A stretch of 63,021 nucleotides of DNA, the filler included, from Asterionella formosa (Eukaryota): assembly GCA_002256025.1 (NCBI GenBank). It is 10 parts of 10 records of this genome, joined end to end, with 100 filler letters (N's around TTAATTAATTAA, not from the genome) between each part and the next. Parts side by side here need not be neighbours in the genome. Positions count along the whole stretch, not along the records: positions 1 to 24,997 come from NKIB01002101.1; 9 more parts are not named here. One strand, written 5' to 3'. The position numbers and the translations under genes are program-made. The first letter of the stretch is position 1, and the number at the start of each line of letters is the position of its first letter. Shown here piece by piece: positions 1 to 12,601 of the stretch. The notes beneath the pieces were generated by a model. That model was not told the DNA's origin. It worked only from the letters and a program-made list of their open reading frames with translations, and ran no database searches.

Positions 1-1895
1 TCCAGTATTGCCCTGGAATGACCGGTCAAGATCTTTCTTGCGCCGCTCGTCTGCACATTATTTTTGCTGTATAACCCTGTCTATTTCCGTTTAGACATTC
101 CTCAGACTACATCTAGTCTTCGGTCACCTGTCGACATCAACAGCCTAACAGACACAGCCACTCTGACAGATGTTGGGGGCGGTGTAAAAAATTTGTGTCA
201 TCTGTGTTCTGTACCTGGTCGGGGAAGACCCCTTGGGATTTCCTGCAGGTCGATGACCTGGATGTGCCTCCTAGGGTTTAATCTTTTGTTGGGGGGCATG
301 ATTGCCATTGTATTTTGGTGGCACTCTTCAGGGGGTTGAGGTGCCTTGGGGGAAAATTGTGTCAAAGTTGGTTGCCCTGCTGTTGCTCCTAGAATGTGGG
401 ATGCCTCAATCATAAATTCCGCTCCTTCCAGAAACCTTCTTTTCTTTGTCCTTTGTGATTTAAGCAGGGTTCCTATATCTTTGCCAAAAATGTGTTTGTC
501 TTGATGAAATATTACATGTTGTATTGCAATTCTGTGTGCATCTTGGAGTGCCACCTTGCTTGTTATGACCAAGATATGACCCACTTGGTGGTGATGAGGA
601 TGTTGATTCCTTCCACTCTAGTAAAACGATACCAGTTCCTGTTACAAACTATTGGACACGACTGCCCTGGGAAGCACACTCCTCATTTGAGTTTTGAAAA
701 AGTGTCCCTACCAACATTTTGATCAGCTGCCATTGTCGGTCAAGTCTGTTAAAGGCAAACAAACGAGTTCATGCATCTATTCATAACCGAACTGGTTGAC
801 TAAGCAAGGCTTTGTGGTAGTAATGTTTGTAACAATGCTGGAGTAGCTTTTTCTAGCCCCTTTGCTTCAAATTTCATCATCCATGTGGTGGTCACGCCAT
901 CTAATGAGATTTTCCCTGATGCTTGAATTTTTGCAAGTACTTCTCCTGTTCTAGTAGGGTTGATAATTTTCTTCAATATTTGAAAAGCAAACATCCTTGG
1001 ACTTCTCAGCTTTCAATGTGGAATTTATTCGTAGTATTTCCATTAGTATCCTTCCCACAGCTTGAATATGCAGCTCTTCTTGGCTTGTTTCCCTTCATTT
1101 ACTAGATACTGAGGATGCTCTGAACCGTTCCGAGGACTGATTAGTTCCAGAAATTGCTCTTAATTCTTCCATCACGTCAGTCTGTTTCTAAGCAACATGG
1201 TGTACAATTATTGCATTTTAAACCTACTTTTCCATTATTAATCTTCACATGCCACTGTTCTTAGTAGTTGTTTGGACCATGAACAGTTTCCTGACTCGTT
1301 TTTCACCTGCCTCTTCAAATATTTGCATGGCTCCTCCAATTTTCTCTGTCCAATTTTCCATTCGATGCGCATTTCTTCTTCCATTGGCGCTCTCACTCTC
1401 TCGAATTGTAGACAATCATTTTCTATTCTTGGCTGATACTATTTTCATATTGACATTGATGTAAGGAGGCTTTGGCATGATCCGCCTGGATAATTTCATA
1501 GAATGGTACAATAGTGTCTTGCCTCATCCTTCTTGTCACTCTCGTTCGACTTGTACTATATGCAATAATGTTGTATAAAGAAACCTTGCAATAGTTTGAT
1601 GATGGTCAGTACTAGTACTACTAGGTGAACCTGTTCTGTGAAATCTACTCTATTCCCTTTCATGGAGTGAACCCTGAAACCCTTAAACATTGTCATTTAC
1701 CAAATGTCTGAAGGTTGATAGACTTAGTAAATGATAGTGCGAAAAAATGACACTAGTATATACTTGAAGACAAAATATTTTCACGGCCCACTTTTAACCA
1801 AGGTAGGAATCAGGAATCTTTGTGTTTCAACTGTTGTATGCAAATATTACTAATACCACTATTTACAAAAGTGGGCGGACGAAGGAGCCTTTCGT

Positions 1896-3980
1896 TTGAT
1901 TCGCTTCGACAATGATATCAATGATATCGGCCTCAAGCTTTCGTCCTTGCATGATAGACACAATACAAAACTCAATCACAAGCGCGAAGACGCACGCACA
2001 CTCACTAGCAGCATGTCGGAAGGCAGCACAAAGGAAGAAACAGAAGAACCGATCCGGTATCATCATGACTTCAACAAAGACGAACTCGCCCAAATGTTAT
2101 ATCAGTGGGACGACAAGGCTGATCCAGTCAAGGAATACCATTACATGAAGGCTGAGTGGCAAACCGAGGAAGCTATTATTGGCAAAAAGCCAAAGGGCTG
2201 GGTGGCTCCGAAAGTGGTGGAACACAAGAAGAATATGACGACGGGAGTGTTAAAGGTGGGAGCTAAAGATACATCGGACCGGACGATGGTGGATCTCAGC
2301 AATGGTGCTCCGGGGGACGAAGAGTTGATATATTTAGACCTGGACACAAATGCTGGAGTTCATGTTGTAGAATTTTACGCGGTGCGTGGCCTGTAGCGAC
2401 GAATGATGGATAATGACTCGTGTTTCCTCGTTGATTGATCACTTCTCTCACAAAATACGCTCCTGTCACAGCCCTGGTGCGGTCACTGTCAACATTTCAA
2501 GACGCACTACGTTGAACTTGCCCGCGAAGTGACTCGTCGAGTCATCGGAACTCCAGTTCACTTTCATGCCTTGTCTTGCCAACTCTACCGTGAAATTTGC
2601 CGGGCATATGAAATAAGTGGCTTTCCACTTGTCGTGGGATATGGCATTGGGATGAACATTGCTGAGCTAGGATACGAACTTAATCCTACTGGAATGAAAA
2701 TAACAGCAGAAACGATTGCCGATACCCTGCATCTGACTTTGGCCCATGAAATAAAGGATGTGCCTAAGGAACGGTCCTTTGATTCACTGGAGGAAAAGGA
2801 TGCATTTTACGCCAAACAAAAACAGCTACCTATCGAAGCTGCCAATCGCAAACTATCGTGGCAAGAATTTTCTTCTTCTTTGAATGAACGATATCACAAT
2901 GCGGCACAGAGTCTTGCCTTCGCTTTAAAGACTGGCGTTTTTGTCAAAACTTCCACTTCTTTGGATGACAAGAAGGCCTTGGTTTTGCAAGAGTTTTTGG
3001 AACTGGTAGAATGGACAACCCCTCCAAATTGGCATGTTCGCACAGGCATGGTTCAGGAAATCTTGAACAATATGGGAAAAATTGTCAATCAAGGACTTGG
3101 TGTCTTGACGGAGATCGTCGAGCGTCACCAAAGTTTGCATGTGGAAAATGGCTTGTGGGGCGACCTGCATGTCCAAACGCACGGATCTAAAAGGTTGGGC
3201 CTAGGCGGTGATGTTCCGCAGAAGAAGGAAACCAATGCCGATGAAGTTTATTGGGAAAACAACCGATGGACAGAGGCTTGTACCCATAACGAACGTGGAA
3301 TGGGTTATACGTGCGGTCTCTGGGACCTCCTTCACATCGTTACTATTGGTTCGTCCATGCCAATCCATCAACTATACGGTTTTAATTCCGGATACCTCAC
3401 AGCTCCGTCGCAGATTGCGGAGGTAATCAAACGCTTTATATCATCATTCTTTGCATGCAATGTTTGTCGTTGGCATTTCGTGGACATGTATGAGAGTTGC
3501 GGACACAACCGCTGCAAGAGATTGTCGTCTGAATTACCGGAATTGACAAGCAACCCGATTCAAACCAGCCGTGAGCTTTCGTTGTGGTTGTGGGAAGTTC
3601 ACAATGCTGTTAACGTTCGATTGATGAAGGAGGCTGCGATGCGGGAAGAGAGAGACGTGACGGATGCAGAAAAGTTGGCTGCTGTCTTCCCCTCCCCAAA
3701 GTTGTGTCCGAAGTGTTGGGTGAACGAAGAATCCTTGAAGGAATACCGAGAACAAGAAGTCTTTGAATTCTTGAGTCGGTATTATTGGCCAGCTCGAGAA
3801 TCCCTGGATCTCTCTTTCAAGGCTGTGATTCATCGACAATTGGGAGAAAACATGCTCGCCAAAAAGTCGTTTTCAGATTCACATTTCTACATTATTGCAT
3901 TTCTACTTCTGTTTGCTGGAACTTTGATTCGACATGCACTTGACAAACAGACGACAGATCACAGCCGCAAGAAATTATAG
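1896..3980 (+). CDS. QSOX: QSOX-like sulfhydryl oxidase, paralog A (thioredoxin + ERV/ALR + C-terminal TM), spliced
   Basis: Intron 2382-2471 (GTGCGT..CACAG, phase 0) joins VVEFYA to PWCGHC. ERV motifs YTCGLWDLLH, FFACNVCRWHF, LWLWEVHNAVNVRL, CPKC, then a TM helix and RKKL stop. 5' end uncertain: a possible further intron at 1803-1871 (GTAGGA..TACTAAT..AAG) would give an ATG at 1731. Confidence 0.9.
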
Positions 3981-4073
3981 CATTAAATCCTCCTGAGTAC
4001 CTTAATATTAGATTCAGCTCCTAGTATCTAAGACAAATATGGAAGGCACTTGCTCATATTTCTTCCCGGAAGA

Positions 4074-4853
4074 TCATTCAGTATTGTTTGTGTCTACGTC
4101 TGTATTGGGCAGCACAACAGTATATAAGCGAATTAATCCAGACCAAGCTCTCGGCAATGAACCATATTTTTCCTTGATAGCATCCTTCGAAGGTGCGTCC
4201 AATTCAACTTGCCAAACTTCACAATTTCCAAACTTGAATTTCAATCCCAACATAGCCTTAAAGTACTGTGAATGCCCCACCAGCACAATCTTATTCGCCG
4301 TCTGTGCCCGCAGCCAATCTTCGAGTTGCTCAATCCGGCTATGGAGACTGCCGATGTTACCAGGCAGCCATTCTGCAGGAGTTTTCTCCGACAGCAGATC
4401 CAATTCTTCTACTTTTAATACATTCACATCCTTGTCGGAAGGAGTCATGCAACCAAGCATACCAAGCGAGGTTTGTCTTGCTCGCTTCAAGGGCGAATGG
4501 GCCACCAATTCAATTCCATGATGCATGAGGAAGTTGTCTCGCTTCAATTCGTCTCCAACCGCCTTGATTTGCCAAGATCCATGTTCACTGACATCACTGT
4601 CGATTTGTGCTGGTACGTTAATAAGGCTCAAACTGGACGCGACATCCTTAGACGAAGGGAGCTGAAAGCGGCTTATATCGCCAAAGCATTTCCCCAATGC
4701 AGCTAAACGTCTGTTTTCTTCGGATTCGGCATGTCGAATCAGGTAAATCGTTTTGGCGTTGGTTATGGGAGTGTCTGATGAAGTCATGGTGGGGAAAGAG
4801 ATAACGAGCAGAGCGAGGAGATTGAGAAACTGGGAACAACTTTTCGTTGTCAT
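4074..4853 (-). CDS. Histidine phosphatase / phosphoglycerate mutase family protein with hydrophobic N-terminus
   Basis: IYLIRHAESEEN, SPLKRARQT and VLVGHS motifs. First ATG at 4853 (the ORF track starts at a TTG). LLALLVISFP signal-like segment. Confidence 0.85.
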   Translation of the reverse strand: MTTKSCSQFLNLLALLVISFPTMTSSDTPITNAKTIYLIRHAESEENRRLAALGKCFGDISRFQLPSSKDVASSLSLINVPAQIDSDVSEHGSWQIKAVGDELKRDNFLMHHGIELVAHSPLKRARQTSLGMLGCMTPSDKDVNVLKVEELDLLSEKTPAEWLPGNIGSLHSRIEQLEDWLRAQTANKIVLVGHSQYFKAMLGLKFKFGNCEVWQVELDAPSKDAIKEKYGSLPRAWSGLIRLYTVVLPNTDVDTNNTE

Positions 4854-4955
4854 CCCCAACTATTTATTGCTTGTCGTCGTCGTTGGAATTTACACTCCCG
4901 CTAATAGCATCTCCACCGCGTCGACCAAATACCAAAGCCAAACGCAGTTGAAAAT

Positions 4956-6298
4956 GGGCGCGCTCTGATAATAAAAAATTATTAAATCATGTCGATTATA
5001 ACACAAATCGTTGTACTCATAACCCCAAAATTTGTGTTTGTGTTGACCAAATTTGGTAAACCTGGTAAGCACCTCGAACACAAACACAAATTTTTTACAG
5101 TTATAAATAACAGTGCATTATATAAAGAGATGTGTAGACATGAATGACTATATAGAATTTTCCGGAATATTTCAAGACTTGCTTGCTCATACTCAAAATG
5201 GCTTGCTCTTGCCAAAATAGCTAGTTACGCATATACATATGCATATCGTTACATATCAATCAACCTCCTCAATAAATCGATTGTCATCGCTTTTAGATTT
5301 CGGCCATGTCTTCATCTTCTTCCGGTCAAAGGAGAGCAGCCAGGGAGGGCTTCCCTTCCTCTCCAAGGCTGCTTGAACGTCGCCGTCACCAGCAACAAGA
5401 ACAACAACAGACTCAACCAGAAGAAGAAGAGGAGGAGGACGACGAGAATGAAGATGACACTGGTGCTGATGAGTTTGTCAGTGACAATGAGGACAGTAGG
5501 ATAGGTGTCCCAGGTGTTTCTCAGATTGGTGTTTCTGGAAGTGGGTATTTCTGATTGATCATGGTTGCAAACAAGGTGGCTTCGTCTGCAGTAGGCAGTC
5601 TCACAACGGCATCTTCATGTGTCAGCAGTACTTTTACAATCATTTGCCTTGAAAACCTCAACCAAACACTCAAAGAACCATGAGTTAATCCGAAAATAAT
5701 CTGAAGAATCATATAGGAACCACGAGTCCTGGTCCATGCTAACCCAAGCGCTAGACAACTGATGGAACAGAGGTATCTTTGCCGACCTTTCTTGGTTGTT
5801 GAATTTCTAACAATGAAATCCGTATTTTTCCTACAGGGAGTGAAGGAATAAAAACAAGGTTTGAACAGCTGGTGTAGGAGCTCGAAAGAAGCATTTGCCA
5901 CTTCTTCTTCTGACCTCATCAACAGTCAAACTTTCCCTGAACGATGGCGTCCTATTTACTGGTGGATAGCACATTGCTAACAGTCGCAATGTGATCATTA
6001 TGTCATCATCATCATCAGGAGATGAGATGAAAGACGACATGGTCAGTGACCGACGATGATGAATATATAGAACTCATGCATATAATGAACAAGAGGCGGC
6101 ATAGCATACAAGAGGATGCATCGATATGAAAATTTAACTGTTGAAAATTAAAGTTGAAAATATATATAATGTCAGAGAAGTAATCTAAAATATCTCTATT
6201 ATCAGAGCGCAAGGACGATATTATGTAGCAGATCACCAGAATAATTTGTGTTATAATACACACATGATATAATAATTTTATATTATCAGAGCGCTCCC
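4956..6298 (-). mobile_element. Internally deleted PHIS-group (Harbinger-related, Pangu-like) element nested in the Harbinger left end
   Basis: TIRs GGGCGCGCTCTGATAATA / TATTATCAGAGCGCTCCC. AAT TSD at 4953-4955 and 6299-6301; the uninterrupted site GCAGTTGAAAATATCAA is seen in the family copy at about 62248-62264 (reverse). Confidence 0.8.
5535..6040 (-). pseudogene. N-terminal (HTH) part of a HARBI1/DDE_Tnp_4-like transposase, truncated before the catalytic core
   Basis: CLALGLAWTRTRGSYMILQIIFGLTHGSLSVWLRF..VRLPT..INQKYPL. Frameshifted, and ends where the first catalytic Asp region should follow. Confidence 0.65.
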
Positions 6299-6496
6299 AA
6301 TATCAAAAGACGTCACTTGGTCGAGAAAATTTTCATCAATAGTCGAAATTTTCATATTTTTTTCCACCGCATCGACCAAATCCTAAAAATAGTCAAATCT
6401 CGCGCCCAAAATTTTAGCAAATAGAAATAGAGTTATATTGTCTTTATGTGTGTGTCGTTGATATTGAGCAGTAGGTACTTCATAGATTTATAAACA

Positions 6497-7758
6497 CATC
6501 GAGCAATGAAACGGACTCATCTGATGATGATCGCCTCTACCATTTCCGCAAGATGCATTGTCAACAAAGAAGTGAGAATGATGCAAAGAAAAGAAAAAAT
6601 AGGGAGCAAGGTTAGCAAGGCTACTAATGTGAATTTCTTTCGCGCAGAGTACAATAAGCTGTTGAAGGATGACAATTTCGGGGAGAATCTAATATACTCT
6701 CCTGCACATTTCAGGAGGCGCTTCTGGATGCATCACTCCTTATTTGAAAAGATTCTTGAAGATTTGGTTGAGGCGAATCCATACTTTGAACAGAAGAAAG
6801 ATGCCTTGGGTCTGGTCGGTTTTTCGCCACATCAAAAGTTAACCTCAACACTTCGAATGTTGGCTTACGGAACTTTGGCAGATCAGCTGGATGACCTCAC
6901 CAGAATGGCTGAATCGACTCCACTCTCCACAACCTAAAATCTTTTTGTAACTCAATAATCAGCAGGTACTATGGAACAGAATATTTGCGAGCTCCTACAA
7001 AGGATGACATGGAAATGGTTTTACTTCTACATGAAGCAAAGGGTTGGCTGGGACTTTTTGGTTCGTTGGATGTGATGCAGTGGGAATGGAAGAATTGTCC
7101 CAAGGCACACAGAGGAGCGTTTCAAGGAAAAGATGGAGTGGCTACTGTTGCTATGGAAGCTGCAGTTGATTGCAGACTTTGGTTCTGGCACAAATGGTTT
7201 GGAATGCCAGGTGCTAACAATGATCTCAATATTTTGGATCGTTCTCTGTTTTTCCGGGATTTGACAGCTGGAAGGACTCCTGCCGTCAACTTCACAATCA
7301 ACAAAAAAGAACACAATCTAGGTTACTATTTGGTTAATGGCATCTATCCAGATTGGCACATTTTTGTCAAAACAATTTCGCAACCACAAGGGGCAAAGCG
7401 TGCACATTTTTCAATGGTTCAAGAGGCCCAACGCGAAGATATAGGGCGATCATTTGGTGTGCTACAAGCAAGGTGGAGTATCCTGGCGCTGCCGTGCAAA
7501 CTTTGGTCAGTTGGTGCAATGAATCATGTCATCATTGCATTTATCATACTACACAACATGATTATAGAAGATGAGTGGGATACAAAAGACACAAACGAAT
7601 ATTTATTTGATAATTTTCAGGATGGCTTTTTGGTTGAAAATTTGCATAATTTTCTAGATTTCAAAGCAATTCGAATGAACTACATGAATGAAGGTGAGCA
7701 CTATCAATTGCGAAATGATTTGATTGAGCACTTGTGGACTCGAAATGAGGATAAATAA
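6497..7758 (+). pseudogene. Harbinger (Plant_tran-like) transposase pseudogene
   Basis: FRRRFWM, LRMLAYG, GSLDVMQWEWKNCP, GMPGANNDLNIL, LHNMIIEDE, LIEHLW. Frameshift near 6934. YLVNGIYP (usually LADGIYP) and DIGRSFG (usually DVERAFG) show loss of conserved acidic residues. Confidence 0.9.
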
Positions 7759-7866
7759 AATATAGTATTTTATTTATGTTAAATTAAACAATCTATTGAC
7801 CCTTGTAGTGTAAATCGGAAACAATGAAATGATAGTACTAGCAGAGCAATTAATAACCAAATTATT

Positions 7867-8610
7867 TTAAAACTCTAGTTGTTCAGTTTCTAGAATCGAT
7901 TCATCATCATCAGTAGATGCTGATGGAGAAGTTGAAACATCTACTTCAGCAGAAGTGCTAAACTCCACTATACCTTTTCGGCCTTTTTGGCTGCCGGTTT
8001 CCCATTCACAGCATCTATCTCCTCCATTGCTTCTTGTGCCTTCATGGCAAACCACCATTTTGCTTCTGTTGATTCACTATTCATTGAAAATATCTTGAAT
8101 AGAAACTCATCACATTGAGTTTTACCTTTCTTTCAAGCAACATAGCATGCTTCTGCTCAATGACAAGCTGAGCATTTGCAACATGCTGTTCATTCTTGGC
8201 GGCTTTTACCCCCATGGGATGCAAGTCATATTCAATTTTGAATGATCCCGAACATAACCGCAACCACCCTTCCACTTTGGGGTTTCCTTTAAAATATGCC
8301 AAATCCTTCGAAAATAAATTCTTTGCCCAGCCTTTTCCTTTTCCTTCCATTTTTAATAGTTCCATAGCTTCTTCAATTTTTTTATCTTCCGTCCATCCCG
8401 ATTTTGAACACTTGTCACCTGTGCAAAAAGGCCGCAGAACTTTGTGACATCTTGATTTATCGTTCCCCATCGAGCCGTGCATGCTGTTGACGTCTGCTCC
8501 TTGCCATCCGGGATGAGACCTACATAGATCTCAAACACCCGGCCCCAAAACTTGCTTGCCTTCTGACCAGTTCCAGTGATTGAGTCTTCACTGGCTGCAA
8601 CCCAGCAGGA
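7867..8610 (-). pseudogene. Harbinger Myb/SANT-like (NAM-associated) accessory gene, frameshifted and 5'-truncated
   Basis: WVAASEDSITGTGQKASKFWGRVFEIY..RWGTINQDVTKFCG, colinear with the intact copy at 29093-29846. Confidence 0.85.
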
Positions 8611-9647
8611 TATGCTGACCTGAATTCGATTGTAACAGGGTGGTACCTGGTACCCTGGTACCATTACCATTATGAATCTGTAGTTGATACCGGTATGCAT
8701 ACAGGGATGCAAGATGTATGTACCATGTCTTACTCCTATGAATGATGCATACCGATATTTACCATAACCACTGTTTGCAATTCTGTACAATCTGTCTTAC
8801 CGGTAAGGAAATGGATTTACACTAGGAGATTTCGGAATAGGGAGTCTTGAAACTCAAAATTGCGATTGGGAAAAAAAACCCAATCTAACCCCCCCTTATT
8901 GGCCAGCGCGTTAAATATTCTTAATGTCTAAATAATATTACCGGTCAGTCGAATATGAGTGCTTGCCGGCGCCATGTTCCATTTTCGGCAAAATGACCCC
9001 AACTTGCTGATATTTGGTCAATAAGGGGGTCATCCTCGAACAAGACCAAAGCATATTTGGTCTTGGTCGATGCGGTGGCTAAAATTTTATTGCTTTTTCG
9101 ACCAACACAACACATCATGACGTGTATTGACTCCCAACTGCAATTGGCTTGGTATTTGGTCAATGCGGTGGAGATGCTCTAAGTGGTTGAAAATTCCGGT
9201 TGTGCTCGATTGCGAGACGACCAATTCGAACCAACTGTGTCAGAAAATACTTCTGTAAGTCGACCGAATGTCCGGAGTCATGCTCGAGCATTGGTGGAGC
9301 CATACATAGCTCAGGTTGGCTACTTATTTTTTCGGTGTGATCACAGCTGTGTCACTGATGCACTTTTTGACCCTGTCCGCAAACTGTATCAGTCCATTGT
9401 CCCTGGGAAAAAAGCTCAAAAGCAATACACCAGCATCACCCTAAAATATTTTATAATTTATCTTTTTTGTGGTTGAAAAAACAGCATCAGCATCACAGCG
9501 CAACATGAAACCACCACTGCTGCAACTGATTTGACTAATGGTGTTTATAATTCAAATTCTACCCTCATACCACTTTTGCAAACCCTTATGTCATATGATA
9601 GATTCATTGTAGACATATTAGTAGTTATAGCTTTAGTCGTTGCTGGA

Positions 9648-9890
9648 ACAAATCAATAGTTCTATTTGCATTCCTATGAATTTGAAAAAATATTCTCTTG
9701 CATTGTAGATTCGTAATTTCTTAAAAAAAATTTGAAGGTATTTCTATATTTATAATTCTATTGCATCGTTCATACAATGACATATTTGACCTCAGAGGCG
9801 CAGCGACTTGCTTGCCATTTTGATGGAGAAATGGCAGGTTATCAACGTGGTCAATACATTGACGCGAAGATGTTGACAAGTCTACCAGTT
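9648..9890 (+). repeat. Dispersed degenerate repeat, second copy at about 27360-27595
   Basis: Shared blocks CAAATCAATAGTTCT(A/G)TTTGCA and GCGCAGCGACT..TTGCCATTTTGATGGAGAAAT..ATGTTGAC(A/G)AGTCT. Confidence 0.7.
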
Positions 9891-12223
9891 GCATGTATAC
9901 ATAGTCTCCATCACTTGGCTGATATATTGTTTGTTATTGCGATCAGATTAAGGTATGTATATGCATATCCTTGCTCAGATATATTTAGATGTTCTTCACT
10001 AGCCTGTCGCCATTGAACATCCGTGTGACATCATGATTCAATGGGATATAAACTAGTGATAAAATTTTATGTGAAGAATTGAGTAAATTTACTTCAAATC
10101 AAGTTACCGTTGCTGATATATTTTCAAATGAAGTGAAACTCAATGAAAAATGATAAGAATGACCCTTATTCAAAAAATACCAAATCAAAATTCCCTGTTC
10201 CCGCCTCAGTCATCATTACTAGCTGTTTCAATGTGGTCAGACATGCATAGCATGATTACTTTTAGTTCTCTTAGGAATGGCTTATTGGTTAGCACACCTT
10301 CTGCGGTGATGGGTTCGGTTTCTGCATTCTCCAACTGTCATTTTCATGTAGTCCCTAGTAGGGATCCGGGGGGTGCGGCTGATGAAAAGATAGAACTATC
10401 ATTGTAATGTACAGATGAATAAAGCCCATACTAATTGTGAGCCATTTATTTGGACCTGAGTGCGATTATTGGATAGCTTTTATGTACTTTAAAATTTATT
10501 TCCTTTTAACTTTTAGTACTCTTACAGCGTCGAATATTGTACTCGTAGAATTTGGTAATAAGTGTAGCTAAGTGACGAAATGTGACTGACTATTTGTGTT
10601 CCAAGTAACCCGGGTTGAGAATGACTCGGAGGAGTCAAATTAAGTGTTTCGCACTGTTCTGACCAGGTGGGTAGGGGGGATCGTGAAATAACGGCCCTGG
10701 CGGTTTGAAGACCTTCCCATGGCCCAATTCTGGCCAATCCGCGAAACAGTGAGATAACTACTAGCTATATCTTGAGTCAGATCCGCATACTATGTAAACC
10801 CTTTCCTGCCACTTGGCTAATCCTTCAACCGTCACAAGCGCATCTTATTGTTTGCATTTACTTTGGAGCTTGCTCGTCTGCACTTTATGTCTTGATTGCT
10901 TTAGCTTTGTTATGTCTTACCAACAAGGCACATTCATTTACCTGTGAAAACATGAGTTCCCCCTTCACATTCATATGACTACTGGTAGCTATCATCAGAT
11001 TCATAGTACATATGATAATTATGTACACGAGATTCAATCTGATTATGTAACAACTATTCTATGTAGTAGTACATATGTACAAATACAAAACATAGATTCG
11101 ACATAGAAGTACTGACCAGAGGTTGGAGAAAGTATACTCTAGTATTGGATACTGGCTGATACTGCTCCAGAACTTTTTAGCTGAGTAAAAAGGCAAGCAT
11201 AAAAGAGACTACAGTAGTACAATTACAGAGCAGCAAGGAATTATCCTATAATCAATATATTACTAGCAATATTCCCACATTGAGAATTGTTGCCATGGAG
11301 ATGCCATACTATGAAGCACCATTTCTACAAAGTTGCGACAGAAAACCATAGGGAAAAAATAATTAATTACTAAGTCCAGAGGAAATTTGCGCGTACGTAC
11401 ATAGATTCCTTTTCGAATTCGCCAAATACATAGATAAACATTCTACATCGCTCTATGTATAAACACCCTATAATACAATCAACATATATTTGTCATACAA
11501 GCTGGAAGCATGACAAATCTTGTTGATGACTAAGAAACAAAATATCGCAACAATCAACCATGAGCGAAATAAAAAATCACCATGATGACAGTGGTGATGA
11601 TGAATTCAACTACTACAGTCATGATAGTTGTCCTGCATGCCAAGACCAGTTGATTGCAGAGTTGGATTTGGAGTGATTTGATGATCACATCTTCTCTGAA
11701 TGCTGTGATTTTGGTTGCCCTGAATGTTTCTGGAGACAAAAAGAAAAGCGACAGAATGATAATACAGCCTACAAACCGCAATTCAAACAGAAAATGAAAG
11801 AAACGAAACGAAACGAAAAATTACATCATGCCACATCATTTGATACTGTCAAACAAGGAAGGTATGACAATAAAACTGGTAAGACTTATCTACGGCTCTG
11901 GGGTGGCATTACTAACAGATCTGGAGGCCACAAGCAACTACAATCAGGAATGCAAATGCGCAATGCAAACATTGCAGTCAGAATGGTCATCAGAGAAAAG
12001 CAGCTCACTCTGTCCATTCCTTCAAGGCGAAGTGCATTATATTGGTACTGGTACCTGGTACTCAAATGGTAGTGGTTACAGTACTGGCGAACACCCCAGA
12101 AAATGAGGATGCATGCGGTCCAGTTTGGCCGGCATATCTTAGGCTTGCAATGCCCTGCAAATCAGGCCAATCAAATGTAGGTAAGTAATTCACATCGAGA
12201 AATCATATTATATACCGGAATAT

Positions 12224-12474
12224 TAAATCATAATCGCCGTGTGAAGTCCGACATAGTGACTTACTTAGGTAAAGAGTAAAAAAGTAAAGATTTATTAAAA
12301 GGATTAATTGTAAAAAGAGTGAGCAAGATCGAGCACTCACTTCTTGCTTTCGCTATCGCTAACTCACAGACACTTCCACTCTATCGCCAATGTCTGCATG
12401 CTATAATGACTGGTCACTGCTGTACTGTACTGCTACGTATCGCTACGTACTTTGCGCCAACCTTAATTTTTTCA
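12224..12474 (-). repeat. 3' LTR of the Copia element
   Basis: Direct repeat of 18774-19022 with roughly 15 differences counted by eye. Confidence 0.93.
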
Positions 12475-12601
12475 GTCCCTTTGAGCAATATGGAGGTGAC
12501 CGAGATGTTGCTTGCCACAAATCTATGACCTGGTTTTCAAAGCGGCCACATGTCTTGCATGTCCAGGAGGCAACCAAGCATCTTATGACGCTTGATAAAC
12601 C

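Larger units (their letters stand above)
4905..9179 (+). mobile_element. PIF/Harbinger DNA transposon, full length, inactive
   Basis: About 45-bp imperfect TIRs ((T/G)AGCATCTCCACCGC..GACCAAATACCAA..GCAGTTG), TAA TSD at 4902-4904 and 9180-9182, convergent transposase and Myb/SANT-like genes. Confidence 0.92.

Noticed and set aside
1..1700. Short ORFs (198-584, 800-994 and others)
   Set aside because: No recognisable motif; likely decayed TE or pseudogene sequence.
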